Origin: an uncultured Chthonomonadaceae bacterium | GTDB lineage: Bacteria; Armatimonadota; Chthonomonadetes; Chthonomonadales; Chthonomonadaceae | Assembly: GCA_963817895.1 (NCBI GenBank) | Contig: CAWFQB010000003.1 | Location: 480,001 to 544,000 of the forward strand | Reading direction: 5' to 3' | Length of the DNA stretch: 64,000 bases | Shown: positions 42,545-53,694 of the stretch, piece after piece | How positions within the stretch are numbered: position 1 is the first letter of the stretch | How the letters are laid out: the number at the start of each line of letters is the position of its first letter | Program-made: the position numbers and the translations under genes | Notes under the pieces: generated by a model | What the model was told of the DNA's origin: nothing | The model's database searches: none | Seen by the model: only the letters and a program-made list of their open reading frames with translations

Positions 42545-44207
<1,663 letters not shown>

Positions 44208-44316
44208 ATATGCTACTTGAACAACTTTACAAGTACCAGTTTAACATTAACCTTTGGCTCTTCGAGACTGAGGTTGTTGCGAGAACCGAAATTTGTTCTT
44301 AAGCAGGTAATAAGTA

Positions 44317-44348
44317 ACAACGGGCAGGAATGTTGTTCCTGCCCGTTG
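44317..44348. terminator. Stem-loop between convergent pgi and AIPR
   Basis: CAACGGGCAGGAA-6 nt-TTCCTGCCCGTTG. Confidence 0.72.
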
Positions 44349-44377
44349 CTTCACATATTGCTGTATGAAACAGCCCA

Positions 44378-45586
44378 TTATGCTTTGGGGAGGCTGGGCA
44401 TTGTTACGGCCTGATGGATAACAACTGCTTGGTACAATTTTTGCCAGTGGCTTTGACTTTTGCCAATGGAATCTGGCTTGCGGCCTAATTCATCACTGGT
44501 TTCTTTGGTTGCTTGTATTAACTGAACAGCCACACTACTCCACAGTGCCAGCACATCATGAAAGCTTCCGCGCCATTTGCAGTCCCCGGTTTCGGGATCA
44601 TCTACGACCATCCAGCGAAAAGCGGCAAGCATTGGAAACAGTACCCCTCGAAATAGTCGGCATGTTGCCTTGTCATTAATGAAAGGAAACTCAAATGGTT
44701 CTTTGCCAGCATTCTCGATAAATGTAAGAGAAGCGGCCTTACGATTGCCACCCGATGCGTTCCAGAGCTTACGCGCCTGAGAGCTAACAGTGTCGTGAAG
44801 TTTGAGAATGTCCTTAAGAATTGGCCGTAAACGTTTATAAGAGTTTGGGTCTTTCAAATAACTGTTAAGCACATTCTCCTTTCCAGTGTATGCTCTCACC
44901 GGGTGTACCGTTTTGGCATGTGGATACAGAGTGGTATTGAACAGTTCTAAAAACCTCAGTATATCGGCTACATCATAAATACCCTCATCATTCTGCCGAA
45001 AAGCAATCTGACTCAGGTAGGGTTCATCCTTAAGTTCTTCCTTCATCCAGTCGAACTTATCGGCGTAGTTTGCAAGCGTCATTTCATTCACTTGCACCGC
45101 CTTATTAAGGCCGCCCGCTATTTCTGTTGCTAGAGAGGAATCAACACCCGTTAATATCTCAAATTTTACGAACTGAACAATCTTGTTTTCAGAGGATGTA
45201 TTGCTCTCGACAATGTGCGCCTGATTTCCGCGTATGATCTCGTATGTATGTCCGCCATCCACGATTCCCTGCACATCGGACTCACTCGACGAGAAGTAAA
45301 CATCGTAAAAATCGTCATCGCGCTTTGTGACTTTATCAGCCAGAACCGTGATCCCCTTATTTTTTAAATGGAAGGTGTTGGACGTTCCATCCTCATTGCG
45401 CAGATGGCGGGCGACTTCTTTGTAGATGCGTTTGTCAATGTTCTGGGAACGAACGTTAGACTTGTCTTTGGGGATGTTCGTCGGTACGTCTTCCACATTG
45501 CAAAGCAGAATGTGGCGTTCCGCACCGGGCAGAACGGGATCGGGGATACGACGCGCAAAGCGGACTTTGAAGGTGCAAACAGTCAT
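44378..45586 (-). CDS. AIPR-family protein (abortive infection phage resistance)
   Basis: NVR..FHLKNKGIT..IVDGGHT..EIAGGLN motif order; visibly AT-richer than flanks; start MTVCTFK after GGGAG. Confidence 0.8.
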   Translation of the reverse strand: MTVCTFKVRFARRIPDPVLPGAERHILLCNVEDVPTNIPKDKSNVRSQNIDKRIYKEVARHLRNEDGTSNTFHLKNKGITVLADKVTKRDDDFYDVYFSSSESDVQGIVDGGHTYEIIRGNQAHIVESNTSSENKIVQFVKFEILTGVDSSLATEIAGGLNKAVQVNEMTLANYADKFDWMKEELKDEPYLSQIAFRQNDEGIYDVADILRFLELFNTTLYPHAKTVHPVRAYTGKENVLNSYLKDPNSYKRLRPILKDILKLHDTVSSQARKLWNASGGNRKAASLTFIENAGKEPFEFPFINDKATCRLFRGVLFPMLAAFRWMVVDDPETGDCKWRGSFHDVLALWSSVAVQLIQATKETSDELGRKPDSIGKSQSHWQKLYQAVVIHQAVTMPSLPKA

Positions 45587-45674
45587 TGTATATTTCTCCC
45601 TGCATGTCAGTTCCACTGACTGCAAAAACATGTGTAGTTGCATCCACAACTCACAATTATCATCACTCACATAC

Positions 45675-45753
45675 AATATACCAGTATTTTGTACGCCCGT
45701 CAAGTCCGGTATGAAGTTGACGACTTGACAAACTACTTTAACAGGCGTACACT
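45675..45753. promoter_or_regulatory. Back-to-back divergent promoters for AIPR (-) and the TA pair (+)
   Basis: Minus strand TTGACG-17-TATATT (45703-45675); plus strand TTGACA-17-TACACT (45725-45753). Confidence 0.65.
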
Positions 45754-45802
45754 ATCCTGAAAACAAGAGCAAATCGGCTGTACCGTTTGCAAGAGCAATA
45801 AC

Positions 45803-46135
45803 ATGACTATCACAATTGAAATGCAGAAGCCGCCTATACAAATGGACGCCGATAATGTCTTGCGTGTTGGAAATACGCGCGTGACATTGGACACGGTCAT
45901 CGGTGTTTTCAACGAGGGCGCAAGTGCGGAAGAGATCGCGCAACAGTATCCTTCTCTTCATCTAGCTGATATTTATGCTGTTATCAGCTACTACCTACAA
46001 CAACGTGAGCAGGTCGAAGCCTATCTGACAGAACGACAAAAGCAGGCAGAGGAAGTGCGCTGCCTAAACGAAGCGAAATTCAGTACACAAGGACTAAGAG
46101 AAAAACTGCTCACACGTCAATCGAAAAAGATTTAA
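45803..46135 (+). CDS. DUF433 protein (putative antitoxin)
   Basis: LRVGNTRVTLDTVI..GASAEEIAQQYPSL.LADIYAVISYY. Confidence 0.92.
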   Translation: MTITIEMQKPPIQMDADNVLRVGNTRVTLDTVIGVFNEGASAEEIAQQYPSLHLADIYAVISYYLQQREQVEAYLTERQKQAEEVRCLNEAKFSTQGLREKLLTRQSKKI

Positions 46136-46143
46136 CATCTTTA

Positions 46144-46286
46144 GAGCGTTTAGAAAAAGTAAAATCCTGCGTTTCTATTCGGCCTCAATGTCGCCTCGCA
46201 ACGTATTGAAAGCGTTGCGCTTTCACTTCGATGATGCGCCTGCACGGGGCAAAGTAGGCATCAGAAAAGACTTTTTCTAAACGCTC
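46144..46286. mobile_element. MITE (143 bp) with a perfect 17-bp TIR and TTA target duplication
   Basis: TTA-GAGCGTTTAGAAAAAGT...ACTTTTTCTAAACGCTC-TTA. Confidence 0.8.
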
Positions 46287-46367
46287 TTACTGAACTGTTA
46301 GGACTGAATTGTTGGCGGGCTATGGATTTAGCCACGCTGTAGAGCAGTCAGTCTGGAAAGAACGGAC

Positions 46368-46730
46368 ATGCAACAGGTATTTTTGCGTTTCGCAGCAGAC
46401 GAGAATTTCAACGAACAGATAGTGCGCGGGCTTCTCCGGCGTCAGCCTGATCTGGACATTGTGACAATTCGTGAGGCAGGACTTTCGGGCAAGACCGATC
46501 CCGCTGTACTAAAGTGGGCTGCGGATGAAAATCGTGTCGTGCTGACGCATGATGTGACAACCATGACCATGTACGCTTATAAGCGCGTAGAGCAAGGATT
46601 GGCTATGCCGGGAGTGTTCGAGGTCAAGCGCACTACGCCGTTGCTTGAGATTATTGAAAGTTTGCTGCTCATTATTTCAGCAAGCGAACCTGAAGAATGG
46701 GAAGGCCGCGTTGTTTACCTGCCGTTGTAA
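46368..46730 (+). CDS. DUF5615 PIN-like protein (putative toxin)
   Basis: RFAADENF..GLSGKTDPAVL.WA..ENRVVLTHD. Confidence 0.9.
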   Translation: MQQVFLRFAADENFNEQIVRGLLRRQPDLDIVTIREAGLSGKTDPAVLKWAADENRVVLTHDVTTMTMYAYKRVEQGLAMPGVFEVKRTTPLLEIIESLLLIISASEPEEWEGRVVYLPL

Positions 46731-46799
46731 CAGGCATGTCATAAAGACAGACTTCAAACCAATAGCAGAATTTTTCTAAAGGTTATTTATTAAATAGCC

Positions 46800-46828
46800 T
46801 TGACAAAGTTCGCCTGAATTTGTATAAT
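46800..46828 (+). promoter_or_regulatory. Consensus sigma70 promoter for the ROK operon (probably leaderless)
   Basis: Exact TTGACA-17 nt-TATAAT with 6 nt between the -10 box and ATG 46835. Confidence 0.8.
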
Positions 46829-46834
46829 GCCTTT

Positions 46835-48001
46835 ATGAGCAACGTTTCCCTCGTACAACCCGCGCTTTTGAGCAAAATCAATGAGCGGCAGGTGCTTCGC
46901 GCTTTGCAGGCGCAGGGGCCATTGTCGCGGGCCGAGGTTGCGCGACATTCGGGCATCAGCGCGCCCACCGCTTCCAAAGCCGTCGAGTCGCTGCTGCGTT
47001 CCGGGCTGCTGGAAGAGGGCGACGCGCCGGAAATCGCGCGTGGGCGTCCGGGCCGGAAATTGCGCCTCGCGTCCTCCCGCGTTCAGGTGTTGGGAATGGT
47101 CATAGACGCCGAACAGTGCCGCGTGGTTTCCGCCGGACTGGATGGCAAATTGCATGAAGACGGCTTCGAGTCATTCGCCACGCCTGCCACTTACGAACTG
47201 TTTATTGAGAACGCGGTTCGCTGCGCCACGCGCCTGATGCGGCGCTCAGATGTGGCGACGCTGGGCATGGCGATCAGCATCCCCGGCCTGCTCGACAGCC
47301 GCGAGAACCGCAGCCTGCTCTCCCCCAACGTTCCTCTTACCAACCAACACGCCCCCGGCGAAGACCTTGCCTATCGGCTCGGAATTGACTGTATACTGGT
47401 GCAGGAGTCCCACGCGCTTTGCCTTGCGGAACGGCATTTCGGCGCGGCGAGGGGGCTGGATAATTTCGCCATGCTGGACGTGAGTACCGGCATCGGGCTT
47501 GGCGTGATGAGCGGCGGCAGGCTGCTTACGGGACACAGCGGGCTTGCCGGGGAACTCGGACACGTCACCGTACAAATGGACGGCAGGCCGTGCGGATGCG
47601 GCAATCGGGGCTGTCTGGAAACCGTTGCCAGCGATGCCGCGCTTGCGTGGCTCGTTTCGCAGAAACTTAGCCGTAAAATAACTGTCGAAGAGACTATTGC
47701 GCGTATCCAAACCGGCGAACTCGACCTACGCGCCGAACTGGAACAAACGTGCCGCTATCTTGCGATTGGCGTAGCGGCGGTTATCAACCTGTTCAATCCG
47801 TCCACGCTGTTCGTGCATGGCAAGCTGTTCGCCGCCGATGCCGATTTGTTTCCCTGCCTGATTGATGAGACAAGACGCCGCGCCCTTCCCCCCTCCTTTG
47901 CGGATTGCCGCATTGTGCAGGCGCAGGGCAGCAAGCGGCAGGGAGCCGTCGCCGCGATTATCAATCATCTAACCAACGCCGTAGTGCCGGATATGGGTTG
48001 A
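46835..48001 (+). CDS. ROK-family transcriptional repressor
   Basis: wHTH (SRAEVARHSGISAPTAS..GRP); AGELGH, CGCGNRGCLE. Confidence 0.93.
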   Translation: MSNVSLVQPALLSKINERQVLRALQAQGPLSRAEVARHSGISAPTASKAVESLLRSGLLEEGDAPEIARGRPGRKLRLASSRVQVLGMVIDAEQCRVVSAGLDGKLHEDGFESFATPATYELFIENAVRCATRLMRRSDVATLGMAISIPGLLDSRENRSLLSPNVPLTNQHAPGEDLAYRLGIDCILVQESHALCLAERHFGAARGLDNFAMLDVSTGIGLGVMSGGRLLTGHSGLAGELGHVTVQMDGRPCGCGNRGCLETVASDAALAWLVSQKLSRKITVEETIARIQTGELDLRAELEQTCRYLAIGVAAVINLFNPSTLFVHGKLFAADADLFPCLIDETRRRALPPSFADCRIVQAQGSKRQGAVAAIINHLTNAVVPDMG

Positions 48002-48017
48002 GACAAACAAGTATTTT

Positions 48018-50648
48018 ATGACAAACAAGTTCTTCCATAATAAATTTACGCTTCTTCTCACGCTTCCCACGCTGGCGGCAGGACTCACTATAGGCTTTGC
48101 GCAAACGCCTATAACTCACAACTCGCAGGCCAAAAACGACCGTCAGAAGGCAAACCTTGAATTTTATACCAATCAGGTTCTGCCTATTCTGAAAAACACC
48201 TGTTACAGTTGTCACGCGGGCGAAGGAACCAGTGGGCAATTGGACGTTTCCAGTCGCGCCTCTATTCTGAAGGGCGGCAGTTCCGGTCCGGGCGTCAATC
48301 TGGAAAAGCCGCAGGAGAGTTTGATTTTACGCGCCGTCAAGGGCGACGGGCGTTCCATGCCGCCGCGTAATAAACTATCGAAAGCGCAGATTGACACGCT
48401 GACGAAGTGGGTAGAAATGGGCCTGCCCATGACGGACGCGCCTAAAACCGGCAAGCCCGACACCAGTAAATCCGGCAAAGCGGACGCGGCGAATGGCAAG
48501 GCAGAAGCGGTTCCGGCAAAGCATGGCCCGCCGCCCGTGAACGCGGAAACCATGAAGTTCTGGTCGTTCCAGCCCGTGAAATGTCCGATTGTTCCCGCCG
48601 TGAAGAATAAAGCGTGGGTCACGAACCCGATTGACGCTTTCGTTCTTTCCAAACTGGAAGCCAACGGATTTGCGCCCGCCCCTGCCGCTGACAAAAATTC
48701 CCTGCTGCGCCGCGTCACCTACGATCTCATCGGGCTGCCGCCCACAGCGGAAGAAGCGCGGGCGTTTCTTGCCGATAAATCTCCCAACGCTTACGAAAAG
48801 GTTGTGGATCGCCTGCTTGCCAGCCCGCAGTATGGCGAAAAATGGGCGCGGCACTGGCTGGATTTGGTGCGCTACGCCGAAACCAACAGTTTTGAGCGCG
48901 ACAGTCCCAAGCCGTTCGTGTGGCGCTACCGGGATTATGTGATTCGCGCCCTGAACGAAGACAAGCCGTACAACCAGTTCATTCGCGAACAGCTTGCGGG
49001 CGACGAACTGCCGTCCGCTTCCGCTTCCAATGACGCGCTGATTGCCACAGGCTATTACCGTCTGGGATCGTGGGACGATGAGCCGTCCGACCCCGAACAG
49101 GCGCGTTACGATGAACTGGATGATGTTGTCGCGACAACCGGGCAGGTGTTTCTCGGCCTGACGGTGAACTGCGCCCGCTGCCACGACCACAAAATAGACC
49201 CCATTCCGCAAAAAGATTATTACCGCCTGCTCGCCTGTTTTCAGGGTACGACGCGATACGGAGGAAACGGACGTTCGCCGGAACAAAATTCCCTGCGCGT
49301 TTTGGGTTCGCCGGAAGATCGTCAGCGCGTGTTCGGAGAAGAAAACGCCTACCGCCTGAAGCTGGACACAACCCGGCAGCAGATGGCCGACATTGTGCGA
49401 TTAGTGGACAAAGATTTCGCGCCGGTGGAGAAGGAAGAGTTCCGCAACAAGCAGGCGCAGCTTGCCATTTTAGGCAAGCGCGTCCCCAAACTGCTGTCGC
49501 AGGAGCAGTTCGAGCAGTACGCTTCCCTGATGAAGCAACAGGACGCGTTGCTGAAATCGCCGCCCCGCGCCTTTGAAAAAGCCCTGTGCGTCACCGAAAC
49601 GCCGACAATCCCGCAAACAACCGTGATGCTGCGCGGCAACCCGCACGTTCCCGGCGATCCGGTTGAGCCGGGGTTCCCGTCCGTCTTAGCCCCACCCGTG
49701 CCCGATATTCACGCGCCGACCGGCAGCAGAGCGTCGTCGGGGCGTCGTCTCGCCCTCGCGGATTGGATCGCAAGCCCGAACAATCCGCTCACCGCCCGCG
49801 TGATTGTCAACCGACTGTGGCAGCACCATTTCGGCAGGGGACTCGTCCGCTCCACCTCCAATTTCGGTTTCGCCGGCGACAAGCCCACCCATCCCGAACT
49901 GCTGGACTGGCTGGCGAGCAGTTTCGTTGCGGAGGGAACAGGCTCACTCAATACCTACGGTTGCAATTGGTCTTTTAAAAAGCTGCACAAGCTGATTCTG
50001 ATGTCGAGCGCGTACCGGATGTCTACGGATTCTAACGCGAAAGCGCTGGCGAAAGACCCGGCCAATGATCTGCTGTGGCGGTTCGATATGCGGCGACTGG
50101 ATGCGGAAGAGGTGCGCGATTCCATTCTGGCGGCGAACGGCAGCCTGAACCCGAAGATGTACGGGCCGAGTATCTATCCGACCATTCCCGCCGAAGTGCT
50201 GGCAGGGCAGTCGCGTCCGGGAGCGGATTGGGAGCGATCCACGCCCGAAGAAAAGGCGCGGCGCAGCGTGTACATTCACATCAAGCGTTCGCTGACGGTT
50301 CCCATTCTCGCCAGTTTCGATGTGGCGGATACGGATTCGACATGCCCCGTTCGGTTCGCGACCACGCAGCCCACGCAGGCGCTCGGCTTTCTCAACAGCG
50401 CGTTCATCAACGAGCAGGCGCAGGTATTTGCCGACTTCGTGAAGAAACAGGCAGGCGCAGACGCGACAAAGCAGGTGACATTGACCCTGCACCGCGTCCT
50501 GCAACGCGAACCCAACGCAGCGGAAGTGACTCGCGGCTGCAAATTCCTGCAAACCATGCAGCAAAAGCATCATTACACGGCAGACGAGGCGTTGAAGGCG
50601 TACTGCATCGTGGCTCTCAACCTGAACGAATTTATTTATTTGGATTGA
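48018..50648 (+). CDS. Planctomycete cytochrome c + DUF1549 + DUF1553 (PSD1) protein
   Basis: Signal peptide; CYSCH; NPIDAF, YGEKWARHWLD, CARCHDHKIDP, NPLTARVIVNRLWQHHFGRG, PTHPELLDWLA. Confidence 0.95.
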   Translation: MTNKFFHNKFTLLLTLPTLAAGLTIGFAQTPITHNSQAKNDRQKANLEFYTNQVLPILKNTCYSCHAGEGTSGQLDVSSRASILKGGSSGPGVNLEKPQESLILRAVKGDGRSMPPRNKLSKAQIDTLTKWVEMGLPMTDAPKTGKPDTSKSGKADAANGKAEAVPAKHGPPPVNAETMKFWSFQPVKCPIVPAVKNKAWVTNPIDAFVLSKLEANGFAPAPAADKNSLLRRVTYDLIGLPPTAEEARAFLADKSPNAYEKVVDRLLASPQYGEKWARHWLDLVRYAETNSFERDSPKPFVWRYRDYVIRALNEDKPYNQFIREQLAGDELPSASASNDALIATGYYRLGSWDDEPSDPEQARYDELDDVVATTGQVFLGLTVNCARCHDHKIDPIPQKDYYRLLACFQGTTRYGGNGRSPEQNSLRVLGSPEDRQRVFGEENAYRLKLDTTRQQMADIVRLVDKDFAPVEKEEFRNKQAQLAILGKRVPKLLSQEQFEQYASLMKQQDALLKSPPRAFEKALCVTETPTIPQTTVMLRGNPHVPGDPVEPGFPSVLAPPVPDIHAPTGSRASSGRRLALADWIASPNNPLTARVIVNRLWQHHFGRGLVRSTSNFGFAGDKPTHPELLDWLASSFVAEGTGSLNTYGCNWSFKKLHKLILMSSAYRMSTDSNAKALAKDPANDLLWRFDMRRLDAEEVRDSILAANGSLNPKMYGPSIYPTIPAEVLAGQSRPGADWERSTPEEKARRSVYIHIKRSLTVPILASFDVADTDSTCPVRFATTQPTQALGFLNSAFINEQAQVFADFVKKQAGADATKQVTLTLHRVLQREPNAAEVTRGCKFLQTMQQKHHYTADEALKAYCIVALNLNEFIYLD

Positions 50649-50653
50649 TTCTA

Positions 50654-50878
50654 CCTCACCCCCGACCCCTCTCCTGACCGCGCAACGCGCTAGGAGAGGG
50701 GAGGCAGGTACAGGTAAATGTTCAGTAAAACGTCTCACCGTTACCTTGTGAAAAAGGAATTCAGTTACTCAAGTACAGGTGTACCACCTATTCAACTTGC
50801 TTCTTACACATAGGCTGTAATCAACAGTCTCCCCTCTCCTGGCGCGTTGCGCGGCCAGAAGAGGGGCCGGGGGTGAGG
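50654..50878. repeat. Inverted pair of CCCCTCTCC..GGAGAGGGG palindromic elements
   Basis: 50654-50703 and 50828-50878 are mutually complementary, and each is itself a hairpin; related half-element at about 59524-59553. Confidence 0.78.
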
Positions 50879-50885
50879 TAAAAAC

Positions 50886-52163
50886 GTGACGTTCACCAGA
50901 CGACAACTTCTAAACAGCACTACCGCCGCAGTACTCGCCGGGAACAGTCTTGCGGCAATGGCGGCTCGCGCCGAAGGAGAAACGCGCAATTTCGGATTGG
51001 CGGACGGGGATATAGTTGTCTTTGTTGGCGACAGCATTACACAGGCAGGCGGGTATATCCACTATGTTGACGCTTATCTGCGGACGCGCTTCCCGGAGAA
51101 AACATTCCGGCTCATCAATTCCGGGCGCAGCAGCGAAACGCTCGCGGGCATGACGGAAGCGGACCATCCCGGTCCGCGCCCTCTCTTGTTCGACCGGTTT
51201 GACCGCGATGTGGCGGATTACGACCCGAACATTGTTGTCGCCTGCTATGGCATGAACGACGGCATTTACCATCCCCTCGGCGCGGAGCGGTTCGACCGTT
51301 TCAAGCGTGGCGTACAGGGCTTGATTGACCGCCTGCATGAGCGAACCAAAGCGCGGCTTGTCCTGCTGACGCCGCCCGTTTGTGATACACTAAACGCGGG
51401 ACAGCCCGACGAACGCCCGGATGAGAGTTATGGTTACAAGCAGCCGTATGCCGGTTACGATCAGGTGTTGGCGAAGTACGCGGAGTGGGAACGCGGCCTG
51501 CATGTCAATGGCGTCACCGTCATAGATTTGCACACGCGCTTCAAAAACCATCTGCTGACGCGACGCAAAACCGACCCGAATTTTAGGATGCAGGGCGACT
51601 CCATTCATCCTGACGCCACAGGACATTTGCTGATTGCCATGACGTTGTTGCAGGCGTGGAACGCGCCCGCGCTTGTGGATGAGGCGCATATAGACTCGCA
51701 GGGCAACAAAGTTCTGGCGGGCAATGTGAGCCGCCTGTCGGTAGATGTGTCGGGAACCAATTTCAACTGGACAACCCACCTGCCCATGCCCGTTGATCCA
51801 AATTGGGACAGCGACTCGCTTACGCTGGAAAAATTCGCGCAAGCGTTGAACAAACACACGCTCTCCGTAACACGGTTGCGTCTGCCCGCTTATCAAATGT
51901 ATATCAACGACGTAGATTGCGGACGCTTCCTGCCCAATCCACTCAAAGCCGGATTGGACATGAACGCCCTGCCCGACAGTCCCATTGCAGCCCAAAGCCG
52001 GATGATTTTACCGCTCGTGCAGCAGTGGCACAGTTTGGGCTACGCGCCCTATCATAAAACCAACCGCGCTGCCGCAGAACCCGCGCGAAACCTACTTGAA
52101 GCCAAATTGCGCGATTTTTGCAGGCCGGTTACGCTTGCTGTTCGTTTGATACCGACAACATAA
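50886..52163 (+). CDS. SGNH/GDSL hydrolase with a Tat signal peptide
   Basis: TRRQLL Tat motif; FVGDSIT, YGMND, DSIHP. Confidence 0.9.
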   Translation: MTFTRRQLLNSTTAAVLAGNSLAAMAARAEGETRNFGLADGDIVVFVGDSITQAGGYIHYVDAYLRTRFPEKTFRLINSGRSSETLAGMTEADHPGPRPLLFDRFDRDVADYDPNIVVACYGMNDGIYHPLGAERFDRFKRGVQGLIDRLHERTKARLVLLTPPVCDTLNAGQPDERPDESYGYKQPYAGYDQVLAKYAEWERGLHVNGVTVIDLHTRFKNHLLTRRKTDPNFRMQGDSIHPDATGHLLIAMTLLQAWNAPALVDEAHIDSQGNKVLAGNVSRLSVDVSGTNFNWTTHLPMPVDPNWDSDSLTLEKFAQALNKHTLSVTRLRLPAYQMYINDVDCGRFLPNPLKAGLDMNALPDSPIAAQSRMILPLVQQWHSLGYAPYHKTNRAAAEPARNLLEAKLRDFCRPVTLAVRLIPTT

Positions 52164-52178
52164 GGGAAAGCACCCAAC

Positions 52179-53681
52179 ATGAGCAATCAACCCTCTAAAA
52201 ACAGCGAATTCTGCGGACGCACACGGCGCGAGTTTCTATGGGAGTCCGGCGCGGGCTTTACGGGACTTGCCCTGACCGGCCTGTTGTCGGCGGATGGCTT
52301 CTTCGCCCCTGCCGCTAATGCCGCCAACGCCTCCTTCCGAACACCGAACACCGAACACCGAACACCAACGCCCCTGAATCCCCTCTCCCCCAAACCCGCC
52401 ATGTTCCCGGCGAAAGCCAAAAGCGTGATTTTCCTGTACATGTACGGCGGGCCGAGCCAGATAGACACGTTCGACTACAAGCCCACGATGTACGGCATGG
52501 ACGGCAAGACCATTCAAATCAAGACGTTCGGGCGGGGCGGCCACAAGAACGAGGGGCGGATCATCGAGCCGAAATGGAAGTTCAAGCAGTACGGGCAGTG
52601 CGGCAAATGGGTGTCCGACCTGTTTCCCAATCTCGGCACATGCGTGGACGACATCGCGTTTCTGCACTCCATGACCGCCGATTCGCCCATTCACGGCTCG
52701 GCCATGCTGCAAATGAACTCCGGCAAAATTTTGTCGGGCAGTCCGTGCATAGGTTCATGGGTCAATTACGGTTTGGGAACTCTCAATCAAAACTTGCCCG
52801 GTTTTGTCGTGATGCTCGATCCGCGCGGCGGGCCGATAAGTGGCGCGAAAAACTGGAGCAGCGGCTACATGCCCGCGAGTTATCAGGCGACGGTTATGAA
52901 CGCGGGCGCGACTCCCATTCTTGACCTGAAGCGTCCGCAGGGGCAGACGGACGGGGCGCAGCGCGCGATTCTGGACACGCTGGGCGAATACAACCATGAA
53001 CACGAAACGCTTCACGCCGACAACTCCAACCTTGCCGCCCGCATTGCCAGTTATGAACTCGCGTACCGGATGCAGTCTGCCGCCCCCGAAGCCGTTGACA
53101 TCAATACTGAACCGGAATACATCAGGGAGTTGTACGGCATCAATGACAGGAAATCGGAAGTGTTCGGGCGGCAGTGCCTCATGGCGAGGCGGATGGTGGA
53201 GCGCGGTGTCCGCTTCATCCAACTGTATTCCGGCGGCAACCATACGGAAACCACATGGGACGCGCACAACGATATTACGGTCAACCACACCCTTCACGCG
53301 GGCGAAACCGACAAGCCCATAGCCGGCCTGCTTAAAGACCTGAAACAGCGCGGCCTGCTCGACAGCACCCTGATTGTATGGGGGGGAGAGTTCGGACGCC
53401 AGCCCACCGCAGAATACGCGGTTGGCACGGGCCGCGACCACAACGCTTATGGCTTTACGATGTGGATGGCGGGCGGCGGCATCAAGGGCGGCGTTTCCGT
53501 CGGTCAAACCGATGAATTGGGCAGCGCAGCGGTTGAAGACCCGTTCAAAGTGAAACATCTTCACGCCACGATTTTGCAGCAAATGGGCGTAGACCCGAAC
53601 CGGCTTGCCTATTTCTACGGCGGCTTAAACCAAAAACTCGTCGGCGTGGAGTACACGCCGCCTATCAGCCAGATTATCTAA
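52179..53681 (+). CDS. DUF1501 protein (Tat exported)
   Basis: TRREFL; GGPSQIDTFDYKP, ARRMVERGVRFIQL, WDAH, WGGEFGR, GRDHN. Confidence 0.95.
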   Translation: MSNQPSKNSEFCGRTRREFLWESGAGFTGLALTGLLSADGFFAPAANAANASFRTPNTEHRTPTPLNPLSPKPAMFPAKAKSVIFLYMYGGPSQIDTFDYKPTMYGMDGKTIQIKTFGRGGHKNEGRIIEPKWKFKQYGQCGKWVSDLFPNLGTCVDDIAFLHSMTADSPIHGSAMLQMNSGKILSGSPCIGSWVNYGLGTLNQNLPGFVVMLDPRGGPISGAKNWSSGYMPASYQATVMNAGATPILDLKRPQGQTDGAQRAILDTLGEYNHEHETLHADNSNLAARIASYELAYRMQSAAPEAVDINTEPEYIRELYGINDRKSEVFGRQCLMARRMVERGVRFIQLYSGGNHTETTWDAHNDITVNHTLHAGETDKPIAGLLKDLKQRGLLDSTLIVWGGEFGRQPTAEYAVGTGRDHNAYGFTMWMAGGGIKGGVSVGQTDELGSAAVEDPFKVKHLHATILQQMGVDPNRLAYFYGGLNQKLVGVEYTPPISQII

Positions 53682-53694
53682 AAAGGACTTCTTC

